From positions 1 to 64,000 of IMG/VR virus record IMGVR_UViG_3300045999_006495: a stretch of 64,000 nt of DNA, one strand, 5' to 3'. The stretch's first letter is position 1, and the number at the start of each line of letters is the position of its first letter. Positions 8,137-16,604 of the stretch are shown here, piece after piece. The notes beneath the pieces are model-generated. The model ran no database searches. It worked only from the letters and a program-made list of their open reading frames with translations, and was not told where the DNA came from. Source of the DNA: a virus. The position numbers were made by a program, and so were the translations under genes.

Positions 8137-8311
8137 ACGGTTAAGTAGGATGGGGGCGCAAGCCCCTGTTCTACACATCATGAATAAGGGGGTCTGAGAC
8201 CCCCTTAAACTATCAAAGTTTTCTCATCAATTTTTAATGTTATATGCTATGTATCTATGCTATACTATAAATGGTTAGGTAAGAGTAATTAAGCAACGAA
8301 AGGGAGCGGTT

Positions 8312-8503
8312 ATGAAACAGGTGCAGGAGATGGAGCAGACGATTAATCGGCGTATCATCAATCCGTTCAAGTCGGTTCTTGACCTGATGACGGTAGGACA
8401 CTCCCACCGTGACGGGGCAATAATCCGAGTTATGTTGGCGACCTATCTGATTACATGGTTAGACGGGTATCGGCAGTATTGGAACACACAGATCGGTAAG
8501 TAG
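8312..8503 (+). CDS. Hypothetical protein, 63 aa
   Basis: AGGGAG RBS, TATACT -10. Confidence 0.7.
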   Translation: MKQVQEMEQTINRRIINPFKSVLDLMTVGHSHRDGAIIRVMLATYLITWLDGYRQYWNTQIGK

Positions 8504-8517
8504 AAAGCGAGTATGCG

Positions 8518-8766
8518 ATGATTAGTGTAATGATTAGCGGTGGCGACCGTTCTACAATGGTAAACGGTTTTGCGTATGACTTGTCCCGTAGTGTTATTTT
8601 TCTTAAGTTTCGCTCCTCTGATAAGTGGTATGCGAAGTCAGTACCGGTCGATGTGTTGATGGAGGCTATCGGTGTATGGTTAGACACCGACCAATCTTTT
8701 GGTAAGTGGGCACACAGTAAGAGCATTACGAAAGATATGGTATTTTTTACTGACGTGGATTTGTAG
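8518..8766 (+). CDS. Hypothetical protein, 82 aa, weakly KTSC-like
   Basis: S..v..f.YD....l.l.F....Y....VP...S.Gk pattern; second gene of the unit. Confidence 0.55.
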   Translation: MISVMISGGDRSTMVNGFAYDLSRSVIFLKFRSSDKWYAKSVPVDVLMEAIGVWLDTDQSFGKWAHSKSITKDMVFFTDVDL

Positions 8767-8964
8767 TAAGTAGCCCCGAGGAGATTAGTCTCCGAGGGGT
8801 TGTTTGTTTTAAGGGGGTCTGAGACCCCCTTTTGCTACAATGCCGTTTTCAACTTTTTGTTTTAATCTTACTCTCATTTTACTCTTATCACTTTTTAATA
8901 TGGGCTGTGTGCAATTATGATACAATGAACATGTAAGTTAATTCTAGCCCGTGAGGAGCTACCT

Positions 8965-9672
8965 ATGCGGTTTGTTATCGGTTCTCAAAATGTTAAACTT
9001 TCGGAAGACGGTAGTGTTATTGCGACCTATAGTAAAACGGGGTCAACTTGTCCGTCATCATGTATGTATCACCCGACACCTAACGAGTATGCAAAAGAGA
9101 AGCGTACCGCCTTTGGTCGTGTTACGACCTGCTATACTCTTAAGGGCAATACCCGATATCACCAAAAACATTTATCGACAGTAGATGCGTTAAAAGTTCG
9201 GGTAGACGTGGTCAAGTTTTTAGAATTGCGTAATTCAACAAAGCGGATAAAAGGCGGTACAAAAGCAAAGCGTATAACCGCTATTCGTTGGAACGTCTCG
9301 GGTGATGTATTTGATAATAACATCCCTAGTGTGGAGTATATTGATGCAATAGTGTGGGCGTGTGGTAAATTGTCCGAAGCAGGGGTCAAGTCAATCGGAT
9401 ATACACACGGTTGGATGTTGCCCGAATTACAACCGCTCAAAAAATACTTTATTGCATCGTGTGACACAGTAGACGAAGTATTACAGGCGCAAGCTACGGG
9501 ATGGATGACTATGATTACGAAGTCGCCTAAAATGGATTTGTCGAAGCTTAAGATAGCCGATTGCCCTAATCAGATAACGGATGGCCGTATCAAGTGTTCA
9601 AAATGTATGCTGTGCTCGGTGGATAATCTACCAAAGTTTAGTTTACGAGTAATAGGTATGGAATATCACTAA
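8965..9672 (+). CDS. Cys-rich putative Fe-S protein (phage Gp88-like)
   Basis: TCPSSC...CY, RWNVSGD, YTH, ASCD and CPxQ...CxxCxLC motifs; GAGGAG RBS. Confidence 0.6.
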   Translation: MRFVIGSQNVKLSEDGSVIATYSKTGSTCPSSCMYHPTPNEYAKEKRTAFGRVTTCYTLKGNTRYHQKHLSTVDALKVRVDVVKFLELRNSTKRIKGGTKAKRITAIRWNVSGDVFDNNIPSVEYIDAIVWACGKLSEAGVKSIGYTHGWMLPELQPLKKYFIASCDTVDEVLQAQATGWMTMITKSPKMDLSKLKIADCPNQITDGRIKCSKCMLCSVDNLPKFSLRVIGMEYH

Positions 9673-9827
9673 AAAGTAGTGCGGTGGCGTACGGTTAATC
9701 GTAGGCCTACTGCCGTAAATATTTTAAGGGGGTCTGAGACCCCCTTTTGCTACAGGCAAATTAACCTAGATTACTACTATACAATGTAGTAATAAAAACC
9801 TAGCACTTAATAATAAAAAATTGCAGA

Positions 9828-9900
9828 AATCCAAAATCCAAAAATTAAAAAACTAAAATTAAAAATCAGAACATCAGGATCTAAAATTAAAAATAGAAAA
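9828..9900 (+). repeat. Degenerate 7-bp A-tract repeat (AAAATCC/AAAATTA)
   Basis: Read directly from the sequence. Confidence 0.65.
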
Positions 9901-9934
9901 GTCCCCCTACACTTTAAGTAAGGGGACAATTCGG

Positions 9935-10180
9935 TTATTCCTCTTCGGCTACATAGATTGTACCGACTTTCTTAAACACATGCGGATTATACTCTTTGCC
10001 CACATCCCATGTGCTATACTCTACGGGCCTGAATGTAATCAGTATGTATGTATATAACTCTGCCGGTGTTTCTTTCTTGAATAACTCTGCTCGTTTGTCA
10101 GCGTAGTATGAAGAACTACAGCGGCTATACCAATACTTTTTATAATCGGGCCCGATAATCCAAATATCATACTCGAACAT
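9935..10180 (-). CDS. Hypothetical protein, 81 aa
   Basis: Abuts the upstream minus-strand gene; terminator hairpin ~9901-9927. Confidence 0.7.
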   Translation of the reverse strand: MFEYDIWIIGPDYKKYWYSRCSSSYYADKRAELFKKETPAELYTYILITFRPVEYSTWDVGKEYNPHVFKKVGTIYVAEEE

Positions 10181-10789
10181 TCACTCTTTCCTCGCTTTGC
10201 TATAGATATATTCTTGGAACCACTTCTCGTCTAGATAGGCGAGCACACTCTTACAATGAGTAGAAATACCGTCTAAAACCTCCTCGTTTAGTAGTGATAG
10301 ATGTACTAATGTATCATAATCTAGTGTATGTAGGTCAATTACTGAATAGTAGTTAAAACCTAAAATCATTTTCAGAAGTTGATAGCGCATACTTTCCGCA
10401 TACAGGTTATCCCATAAATGTTTAGCATACTCACTCTGTATACGTCCTACACTATCCATATCTAACCAATTTTCAGTATAACCCTCACGAGTGTTAAGCC
10501 GTCGTTTTAATTCCTTAATGAGTAGGTGACCGTGTACAGTAATTCTATCAGGGTCAATACGGAGAACCCAATACTCTAAACCATCGCTAGTAGTAGTGTA
10601 TAGCCCCGTGTGATTGTATACCATGTCATAGGTACTCTGAATGTGACCGCACAACCAAAGCCAGTTAGCTCGCTCAGGTGAGTACTCATCCATGTCGTAG
10701 GGGCTGATAATCAAATCCAAAACTTGCTTGTTGTTTCTGAAATTAAACTTCTTAAAATCAGAAATTGAAATTAGAACAGGCATCTCCAT
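10181..10789 (-). CDS. Hypothetical protein, 202 aa
   Basis: AGGAGGTG RBS and an array-type promoter on the minus strand at 10820-10870. Confidence 0.8.
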   Translation of the reverse strand: MEMPVLISISDFKKFNFRNNKQVLDLIISPYDMDEYSPERANWLWLCGHIQSTYDMVYNHTGLYTTTSDGLEYWVLRIDPDRITVHGHLLIKELKRRLNTREGYTENWLDMDSVGRIQSEYAKHLWDNLYAESMRYQLLKMILGFNYYSVIDLHTLDYDTLVHLSLLNEEVLDGISTHCKSVLAYLDEKWFQEYIYSKARKE

Positions 10790-10990
10790 AACACACCTCC
10801 TATAATTTAACTACATATAAAGTATAACATACAAAATACCAAAAAAGATTAGAGGAATATTAGAATTGAAAAACAAATAAGGGGGTCTAAGACCCCCTAA
10901 AACTACAGCCGCTTTCTAATCATTCTCTAATGTTATTTCTGTTTGTATGTGTTATACTACTTGTGGGTTAAGTTTTAGTAGGAGTTAGTA

Positions 10991-11782
10991 ATGATTACAG
11001 AAGTTCGGTTAATCCCAAACGGGGATGGTCGCTTTAGCCTGATGGTTAACGACAAATGTGTGGGTGTTGCGGTTCCTAATTCAGAAGGTACGCTTGGTTA
11101 CGACATCATGCAAGACGACTACATCCCTATTGACTTCACGGCACCAACGGACACTCGCTCTGCGGTGGCCACGATGCTCAAATGGAACACAGGCTCGCAC
11201 TTCTTGGACTCGGGTGGTTTTGGTGGTCGTTGGTGGCAAATGCGTAGGGACGCTGATTTAGATGCCGAGCCCGAGGCTTATCTTGACGAGGACGGCTACC
11301 ACCGTAACCTGTATCCATTTTTGGTAGAACACTTGCGATTTGATGACCGAATGCAACGTATCTTCGATGCTTTTGACTTCCAACTGCCGACTTTCAATTA
11401 CTTTGAAGTGTTGGAAAAGTTTTGTAAGCGGTATGACATTTTGGTGACGGCTATGGGAAACACTTATAACGAAGAGACGGTGCTTCGTGGTGGTTTTCAG
11501 TACTATGAATTGGAACTTGCTGGCGGTGAGACTTGTCTCGCTATCATGTCGCACAACGGGGCTGATATCCGTGGTGGTTATAGCAAACCGTTCTTCTTCT
11601 CTAACTCTATTGAAGATTTGTGGGTCGACATCAATAGCGGTGATGTATGGTGCGATACTTGCGATAACCGCTGGTACTGGGATGGTTACCGCTGGGAGAC
11701 TGATACGGCTACTTTTAACTTCCTTGACAAATGGGACGGTTCACAGTATAATTGTGAATGTGGAGGTAAAGTGACATGTTAG
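10991..11782 (+). CDS. Conserved phage hypothetical protein (HFLDSGG, NTYN, HNGADIRGGY motifs; C-terminal CxxC/CxC)
   Basis: AGGAG RBS; motif-rich long ORF. Confidence 0.8.
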   Translation: MITEVRLIPNGDGRFSLMVNDKCVGVAVPNSEGTLGYDIMQDDYIPIDFTAPTDTRSAVATMLKWNTGSHFLDSGGFGGRWWQMRRDADLDAEPEAYLDEDGYHRNLYPFLVEHLRFDDRMQRIFDAFDFQLPTFNYFEVLEKFCKRYDILVTAMGNTYNEETVLRGGFQYYELELAGGETCLAIMSHNGADIRGGYSKPFFFSNSIEDLWVDINSGDVWCDTCDNRWYWDGYRWETDTATFNFLDKWDGSQYNCECGGKVTC

Positions 11783-12135
11783 CCGAGGCTATTGATAAGC
11801 TTAACGATGGTGTTTGTGATGGTTGGTACCTCGACAATCCCTATGTAGTCTTGCGCTACATAGGGTACGAGGGAGAGGATCAAGACCCACTCATTATGGA
11901 AACCGATTGGTATAGTATGGCGTGGGTTGCTCTTATGCAAGTTTTACCCGATGCTTGTATATTGACTATTATGCGAGAGTCCGATTGGTTTATGAAGGCG
12001 GCACATCAAAAGTATTTTGAGTTAGTAGGCGAGGCCGAGGAATTGTGCGATTATAATTTTACCGTGGAAGTATTTGATGGCGACATCATTCTAGTTAAGA
12101 AAGGCGAAGTAGATGCACCCACAGACGATAATTGA
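11776..12135 (+). CDS. Acidic hypothetical protein
   Basis: GGAGG RBS, coupled to the upstream gene. Confidence 0.75.
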   Translation: MLAEAIDKLNDGVCDGWYLDNPYVVLRYIGYEGEDQDPLIMETDWYSMAWVALMQVLPDACILTIMRESDWFMKAAHQKYFELVGEAEELCDYNFTVEVFDGDIILVKKGEVDAPTDDN

Positions 12136-12454
12136 TTATGTCAATTTTTCATCAAAGGAACGTCGTAAGGATTTGGCCCGATTGGTTCGTGGTTCATTCA
12201 CTGAAAAACCGCTGGCTCGGTATAAGGACACCGAGATTTGGGGCCACGGTTGGGAGTTTGATGACGATGCTACTTGGTGGTCAATTGTCTACAAGGGGCG
12301 TACAATTTATTCTAGCGAGTTGTTTGATGATTTGAGTAATCCTGATAATTATGAGTTGGACCGGGATAGTAACGAGATAGAAGAACAATTAGGCGAAGTA
12401 TTAGGATGGTTTACAGATTTACACATGTATACAAGATATGTAGAATCGTGGTAA
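12113..12454 (+). CDS. Hypothetical protein
   Basis: Coupled ORF followed by a terminator hairpin ~12460-12492. Confidence 0.7.
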   Translation: MHPQTIIDYVNFSSKERRKDLARLVRGSFTEKPLARYKDTEIWGHGWEFDDDATWWSIVYKGRTIYSSELFDDLSNPDNYELDRDSNEIEEQLGEVLGWFTDLHMYTRYVESW

Positions 12455-12623
12455 GCACTTGCCCCTGCCGAGAAATCAGTAGGGGCGGTTTTATAATAAG
12501 GGGGTCTGAGACCCCCTTAAACTACCCGTAGCTTTCTAATCTTCCTCTAATGTTATTTGCTGTAATACCTGATATAATAAAGATGTTGGTAGTTGACCAA
12601 CTAATGAATTAAGGAGAGCGGAA

Positions 12624-13058
12624 ATGAGTAAGGACATGCGTGAGAAGTTGATGGATTTGATGGACGAGTTGAACTCAATCAAGGACAATCTGGACGATGC
12701 GGACACTTCATCGCTCAGCCGTGACTTGGAGAGTTTGGCTAGTGACATCGCAGGTGTGAGCGACACTGTTAGCAGTGCTCAGGATGACTTGGACAGCATT
12801 CGTGACCAACTCGACAACATCCTGACCGAGATGGACTTTAGCCGACCAACACCGCAGAAGCCCCCACACATTTCAGAAGTTGGTGAGTTGGCACAGTTGG
12901 TACACCACGACCGTAATCAGCCCGAGATTCTTGCTGGTTACATGGTGACTAACCCCGCAAAGTTCTGGCTCGCAGTTACTTACAATTTGGCAACCAATCC
13001 GTTTGGTAACGTCGAGTTGATTAAGTTCATGCAAACGATGGGGCAATACATTGATTAA
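12624..13058 (+). CDS. Protein with acidic N-terminal coiled coil
   Basis: Heptad L/I pattern over residues 1-70; AAGGAG RBS. Confidence 0.8.
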   Translation: MSKDMREKLMDLMDELNSIKDNLDDADTSSLSRDLESLASDIAGVSDTVSSAQDDLDSIRDQLDNILTEMDFSRPTPQKPPHISEVGELAQLVHHDRNQPEILAGYMVTNPAKFWLAVTYNLATNPFGNVELIKFMQTMGQYID

Positions 13059-13323
13059 GGAGCTAGTATCTAGCTACCGAGGGACCCCCACCCTTTGTCT
13101 GGTGGGGGACTCTCTCCCTCGGGAGCCGTGGTTATGGAAACAGTATGCGTTTTTGTCAAAGTATGCAAAGCCCGTGGCCAACATACCTGACAACGATGCT
13201 AATCTTACTGACAATTTGGCTTTTGTGGTCCACGAGATGTTTTGGGATGTAAACGAGCAGTTAGAGAAGTATGCATTAGAATTACAGATAACCGCTGGCA
13301 ATATGTACCTATGCCGCAAGTAA
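13051..13323 (+). CDS. Hypothetical protein
   Basis: Coupled ORF ending before the last palindrome. Confidence 0.6.
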   Translation: MIKELVSSYRGTPTLCLVGDSLPREPWLWKQYAFLSKYAKPVANIPDNDANLTDNLAFVVHEMFWDVNEQLEKYALELQITAGNMYLCRK

Positions 13324-13457
13324 ATAGAGAGCATACCCATCCCCGGGTGTGCTCTGTGTTTTATAAGGGGGTCTCAGACCCCCTTAAACTTATGTCTACT
13401 GCGACTTGGCCAAACAAAAGCCCCCCTCCGGTTAAGGAGAGGGGCACTTGTGTTATA

Positions 13458-13730
13458 CTACCACCCTTGCCGCTCCATGTAGTAGCTAATGGCATTCTCA
13501 AACTGAATAGCCTGACCGTGGTTAATCAAGTCCATGCTATAGGCGTTAGTCACAATAGAATCGAAATCACAACGGCCACATGCTGACTCACCGTTAATCA
13601 TAATCTCCCAGTACATGTAGTCGGGGCACTTCTCATATCCCCACACATACAACTCTGCACCCTCTTCGGTAGCCACAAGCTTACGGACATACGCACCACA
13701 CAACTTACGCATCTTCTCTTTGACTGACAT
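13458..13730 (-). CDS. Hypothetical protein, 90 aa
   Basis: AAGGAG RBS, sigma70 promoter, terminator 13420-13445. Confidence 0.8.
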   Translation of the reverse strand: MSVKEKMRKLCGAYVRKLVATEEGAELYVWGYEKCPDYMYWEIMINGESACGRCDFDSIVTNAYSMDLINHGQAIQFENAISYYMERQGW

Positions 13731-13759
13731 AACGACTCCTTAAGTAAGATTATATACAA

Positions 13760-13788
13760 AGTATACCACAACCGAAAACCAATGTCAA
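13760..13788 (-). promoter_or_regulatory. Sigma70-type promoter TTGACA-17-TATACT
   Basis: Near-consensus match. Confidence 0.8.
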
Positions 13789-13926
13789 CTACTTCTTACG
13801 GTCAAAAATATCAAACAGACTCAAAATAGTAATCACCCCAATGATAATACGCAACACAGGAATAAACAAGATAATAGCCAATAACTCTGCGACCAACTGA
13901 CGACCCTCTGGTGATATGAAGTACAA
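13789..13926 (-). CDS. 45-aa membrane protein (TTG start; MYFISPEGRQLVAELLAIILFIPVLRIIIGVITILSLFDIFDRKK)
   Basis: AAGGAGGT RBS, hydrophobic core, basic tail; not in the ORF track. Confidence 0.55.
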   Translation of the reverse strand: MYFISPEGRQLVAELLAIILFIPVLRIIIGVITILSLFDIFDRKK

Positions 13927-13989
13927 TCTATATGTACCTCCTTTCTATTACATGTGTATTTTAGCATATATACAGAGAGATAGCAAATG

Positions 13990-14460
13990 CAGTTTTCTCA
14001 TCTTCCTTTAATGTTTTACGGGCGATGTCTTTTTCCGTATATATACAGATACATATATAGATATATACAGAGATACACAAGGGTAGGGCCATGGCACTTG
14101 TATATAAAGGCCCTTGGAGAGTTTAATTTGTAGCTAATTGGCCACTTTTGCACAACTTTGGTCACTTTTTGTGCACATTTGTGGACATAGAGAGTATGGA
14201 GAGTTACATAACTACCTCATTTTCTTCCACATTTCTTCCACACTTTCCACATTAACTTGAGCAGTTCTCTTTGGTATAGAGTAAGGGATCAGACTAACAG
14301 GGTACTTCTATTGCTCTTTGGGGACACGGTCTACCTCTTACTTATTTTTGTGTATATATTTTTGTAGATATAAAAAATAACAGAGCGCGGAATTTAAATT
14401 TCAAATCTTGGATTCCAAAACCCAAATTCTAAAACTTAATTTCAGCACTCTGTTATTCTC
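13990..14460. other. Non-coding origin-like region with AT-rich repeats and DnaA-box-like 9-mers
   Basis: TTTTGCACA 14146, TTGTGCACA 14169, TCTTCCACA 14223 and 14234, CTTTCCACA 14243; (TA)n-rich 14037-14078; lies at the change in coding strand. Confidence 0.4.
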
Positions 14461-14465
14461 ACTCA

Positions 14466-14993
14466 CTACATCATTGTGTCTTTACCCTCTGTACTTGGCA
14501 TAGTTACATTGATGTAATATGCTAGAGTATTTCTCCAAGCTTCCAACCAAGGGTACTTCTCTTTATCATATCCATACTTTAGTTTATCTTGGTAGTATTT
14601 AAGGATATGGTAGGTAAGCACCGGCGAGATTTTCTTGTCTGTGTAGTTATCTACAACAAGACTGAGGTAAGTTCTTTCCCAGTAAGTTCTTGATGAATCA
14701 TATACTGGTACTAATTCATACAATACAATAGGCTCTGTGATAATAGCCCCGGCTGTCTCTGCTCTGGAGTCCACCCAGACCCTACAGTAAAACTTATCAT
14801 AGGAAGCTGTGGTAAAGTTGTTGCTGAGTTGCATCACGTAGAACACAGGGCTTCGTGAGGACTCTTCCAGAACAACCACAGTCTCAAAACCCAACTTATG
14901 TAGATTCTTGAATGTATCAAGGCCTACGGTGGCATAATGGTAAGGTGAACCTAGGAATAAGTGATTATCATCAAAGGGTTTATAGGTTGACAT
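14466..14993 (-). CDS. Hypothetical protein, 175 aa
   Basis: ORF track; orientation matches its neighbours. Confidence 0.65.
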   Translation of the reverse strand: MSTYKPFDDNHLFLGSPYHYATVGLDTFKNLHKLGFETVVVLEESSRSPVFYVMQLSNNFTTASYDKFYCRVWVDSRAETAGAIITEPIVLYELVPVYDSSRTYWERTYLSLVVDNYTDKKISPVLTYHILKYYQDKLKYGYDKEKYPWLEAWRNTLAYYINVTMPSTEGKDTMM

Positions 14994-15000
14994 AATATAT

Positions 15001-15080
15001 AAAAACTAACTCCAAACTAAAATAAAAAAATCCCAAAAACCCAAAATCTAAAAATCAAAAACTAAAATACGAAATCCAAA
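15001..15080 (+). repeat. Degenerate A-tract repeat (AAAATCY-like, ~7-bp period)
   Basis: Read directly from the sequence. Confidence 0.65.
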
Positions 15081-15470
15081 TTACCACTGAGAGTAAACAT
15101 AGAACTCGTCTCTGCCTATAATGTCTAGCTCTGCCTGACTAAACAACACGTCCTTAGGAAAGTTTGCGGAGTTTAGAACAGCCTTAAGACTCTCAGATGA
15201 GTAAACCAAATCGTGTTTATATCTTAATTCATATCCATCTGGTTCTATACTGTTCTCAAAACCATCTGCATAGAGTGTGGTGTCGCCAACTTGCATTAGC
15301 AATTTAAGACACCAGTCACCTTTGGCATACCAGAGAAGTTTTCTAATTTCTTCTCTGGTCATACCATCTACCAACTCAATAGCCTGACTTAGAATGTCTT
15401 TTTCCAAGAGTTCTTCTTGGTTTCCTGACCCACAGTTACAACTCTGTCCTTGACAGCTACAACAGCCCAT
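15081..15470 (-). CDS. Hypothetical protein (start uncertain)
   Basis: ORF track; overlaps the upstream gene. Confidence 0.55.
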   Translation of the reverse strand: MGCCSCQGQSCNCGSGNQEELLEKDILSQAIELVDGMTREEIRKLLWYAKGDWCLKLLMQVGDTTLYADGFENSIEPDGYELRYKHDLVYSSESLKAVLNSANFPKDVLFSQAELDIIGRDEFYVYSQW

Positions 15471-15760
15471 ACTGCTTCTCCTATATCACTTGTACTACCA
15501 TCTTCTTCCTCAACCAAGGCATAGCCTAGGTGAGCTAAAAACTCAACTGTATAACCCTTAGGAATTTCCTCACCCTCTTGAACCATGATGGCCTCTACTT
15601 TTTCAATAGGGGCTTCTGTGTCGCCCTCTAAATACAAAAATAGATTTTCATCATCTTGTGTGAAGTAGAATGAACCACCAATAGGTACATCAAAGATAAA
15701 CTTCCCCGGAATTTCCTCAACACTGATTGGATGTACCTTAGTCACATTAAAGATTCGCAT
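15389..15760 (-). CDS. Acidic hypothetical protein
   Basis: Coupled ORF in the minus-strand operon. Confidence 0.7.
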   Translation of the reverse strand: MRIFNVTKVHPISVEEIPGKFIFDVPIGGSFYFTQDDENLFLYLEGDTEAPIEKVEAIMVQEGEEIPKGYTVEFLAHLGYALVEEEDGSTSDIGEAVWAVVAVKDRVVTVGQETKKNSWKKTF

Positions 15761-16604
15761 CGCCAGTCCCTTTCTTTACAGCTGAGTTATATGCTTTTGT
15801 CCATTTAATTTGGTTCTTACCAAATCCTCTGTGACCCCCGCTGATTCTGCTACCATTTTCATCTACAAGCACTGTGTAGATTCCCGGAAACTTTTTCTGC
15901 AAAATCATACCATCATTCCAGACAGTCTCTGCATTATGGTTTTCCCAGAATAACGAAGTCATTTTACGCTCAACACTATTGTTAGCTCTGACAAACTCAG
16001 AACTCTGTTTAGTGCCATAGCCTCTAGACAATGCAGTAAGGCTAAAGTTAATGTCCTCTGATGAACTGACACAGAGTAAGTCCCAATCATCAAAGTTCTC
16101 ATTAGCCAAGTCAATTCCATTGATCCAAGAAGCCCCAGTAGCCCCTTTGTTTTTTATGATAATCTTCTTCTCTGGTGGTAACTTTCTTGACCCTAAGCTA
16201 CAGATTGTAACATCAGGCTCGTCCAACCAAGAGTCCATCATATCAAACAAGTCAAAAAAATCTTGTTCTGTACATCGTCTTTGTGACTTTTCCATACTAC
16301 TTGGTAGGCCAAAGTATTTAGTATTTCGCCTAATGATAGAGAAGTCATCATCTATCATTAGATACTTCATACCCTTACCAAGCTCATAAATAAGCTTACG
16401 AGTTCTGGCTATACAGTACAGGTCTTTGAAATGATACTCAGGGGTATCTGGAAGAACAAAGTAATCTGCGTCAAACTTATACTGCTCAGCTTCCCATGCT
16501 TGTACCACAAACGTAACTCTTTTCTTGAGTTCCTCTGGTAAGCTATTGTAAGTGACTTGATTATTGATTCTGTTGACTGTGGGAATAAAGATTCGCTCAA
16601 TCAT
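15747..16604 (-). CDS. GT-A glycosyltransferase, TET-associated (TAGT-like), paralog 2
   Basis: IFIPTxxR N-terminus, YLMIDDD DxD motif, SED motif; clearly similar to 16597-17448. Confidence 0.7.
   Translation of the reverse strand: MIERIFIPTVNRINNQVTYNSLPEELKKRVTFVVQAWEAEQYKFDADYFVLPDTPEYHFKDLYCIARTRKLIYELGKGMKYLMIDDDFSIIRRNTKYFGLPSSMEKSQRRCTEQDFFDLFDMMDSWLDEPDVTICSLGSRKLPPEKKIIIKNKGATGASWINGIDLANENFDDWDLLCVSSSEDINFSLTALSRGYGTKQSSEFVRANNSVERKMTSLFWENHNAETVWNDGMILQKKFPGIYTVLVDENGSRISGGHRGFGKNQIKWTKAYNSAVKKGTGDANL

Larger units (their letters stand above)
151..13383. repeat. 24 dispersed copies of the palindrome (TAA)GGGGGTC-N3-GACCCCC(TWA) separating gene units
   Basis: Core starts at 151, 268, 684, 1268, 1359, 1903, 2442, 2938, 3029, 3503, 3960, 4517, 4889, 5367, 5792, 6203, 6789, 7381, 8188, 8813, 9728, 10881, 12500, 13367. 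All are intergenic once start codons are corrected; none seen beyond 13.4 kb. Confidence 0.95.

Noticed and set aside
151-13383. CRISPR array reading of the palindromic repeats
   Set aside because: Spacers are 90-1600 bp, irregular and contain complete genes; no cas operon is present.
151-13383. Classical integron attC sites, REP elements or MITEs
   Set aside because: No RYYYAAC/GTTRRRY boxes, extrahelical-base pattern, integrase, transposase or target-site duplications; cassettes carry their own promoters.
151-13383. The palindromes as simple terminators
   Set aside because: Most units already have a separate variable hairpin upstream, and the palindrome arms are invariant in sequence with no covariation, which points to DNA sequence recognition.
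220-14100. TAGCACT/TGGCACT motifs (~226, 1343, 1980, 3012, 9801, 14092) as CIRCE/HrcA operators
   Set aside because: Only half-sites; no TTAGCACTC-N9-GAGTGCTAA inverted repeat.
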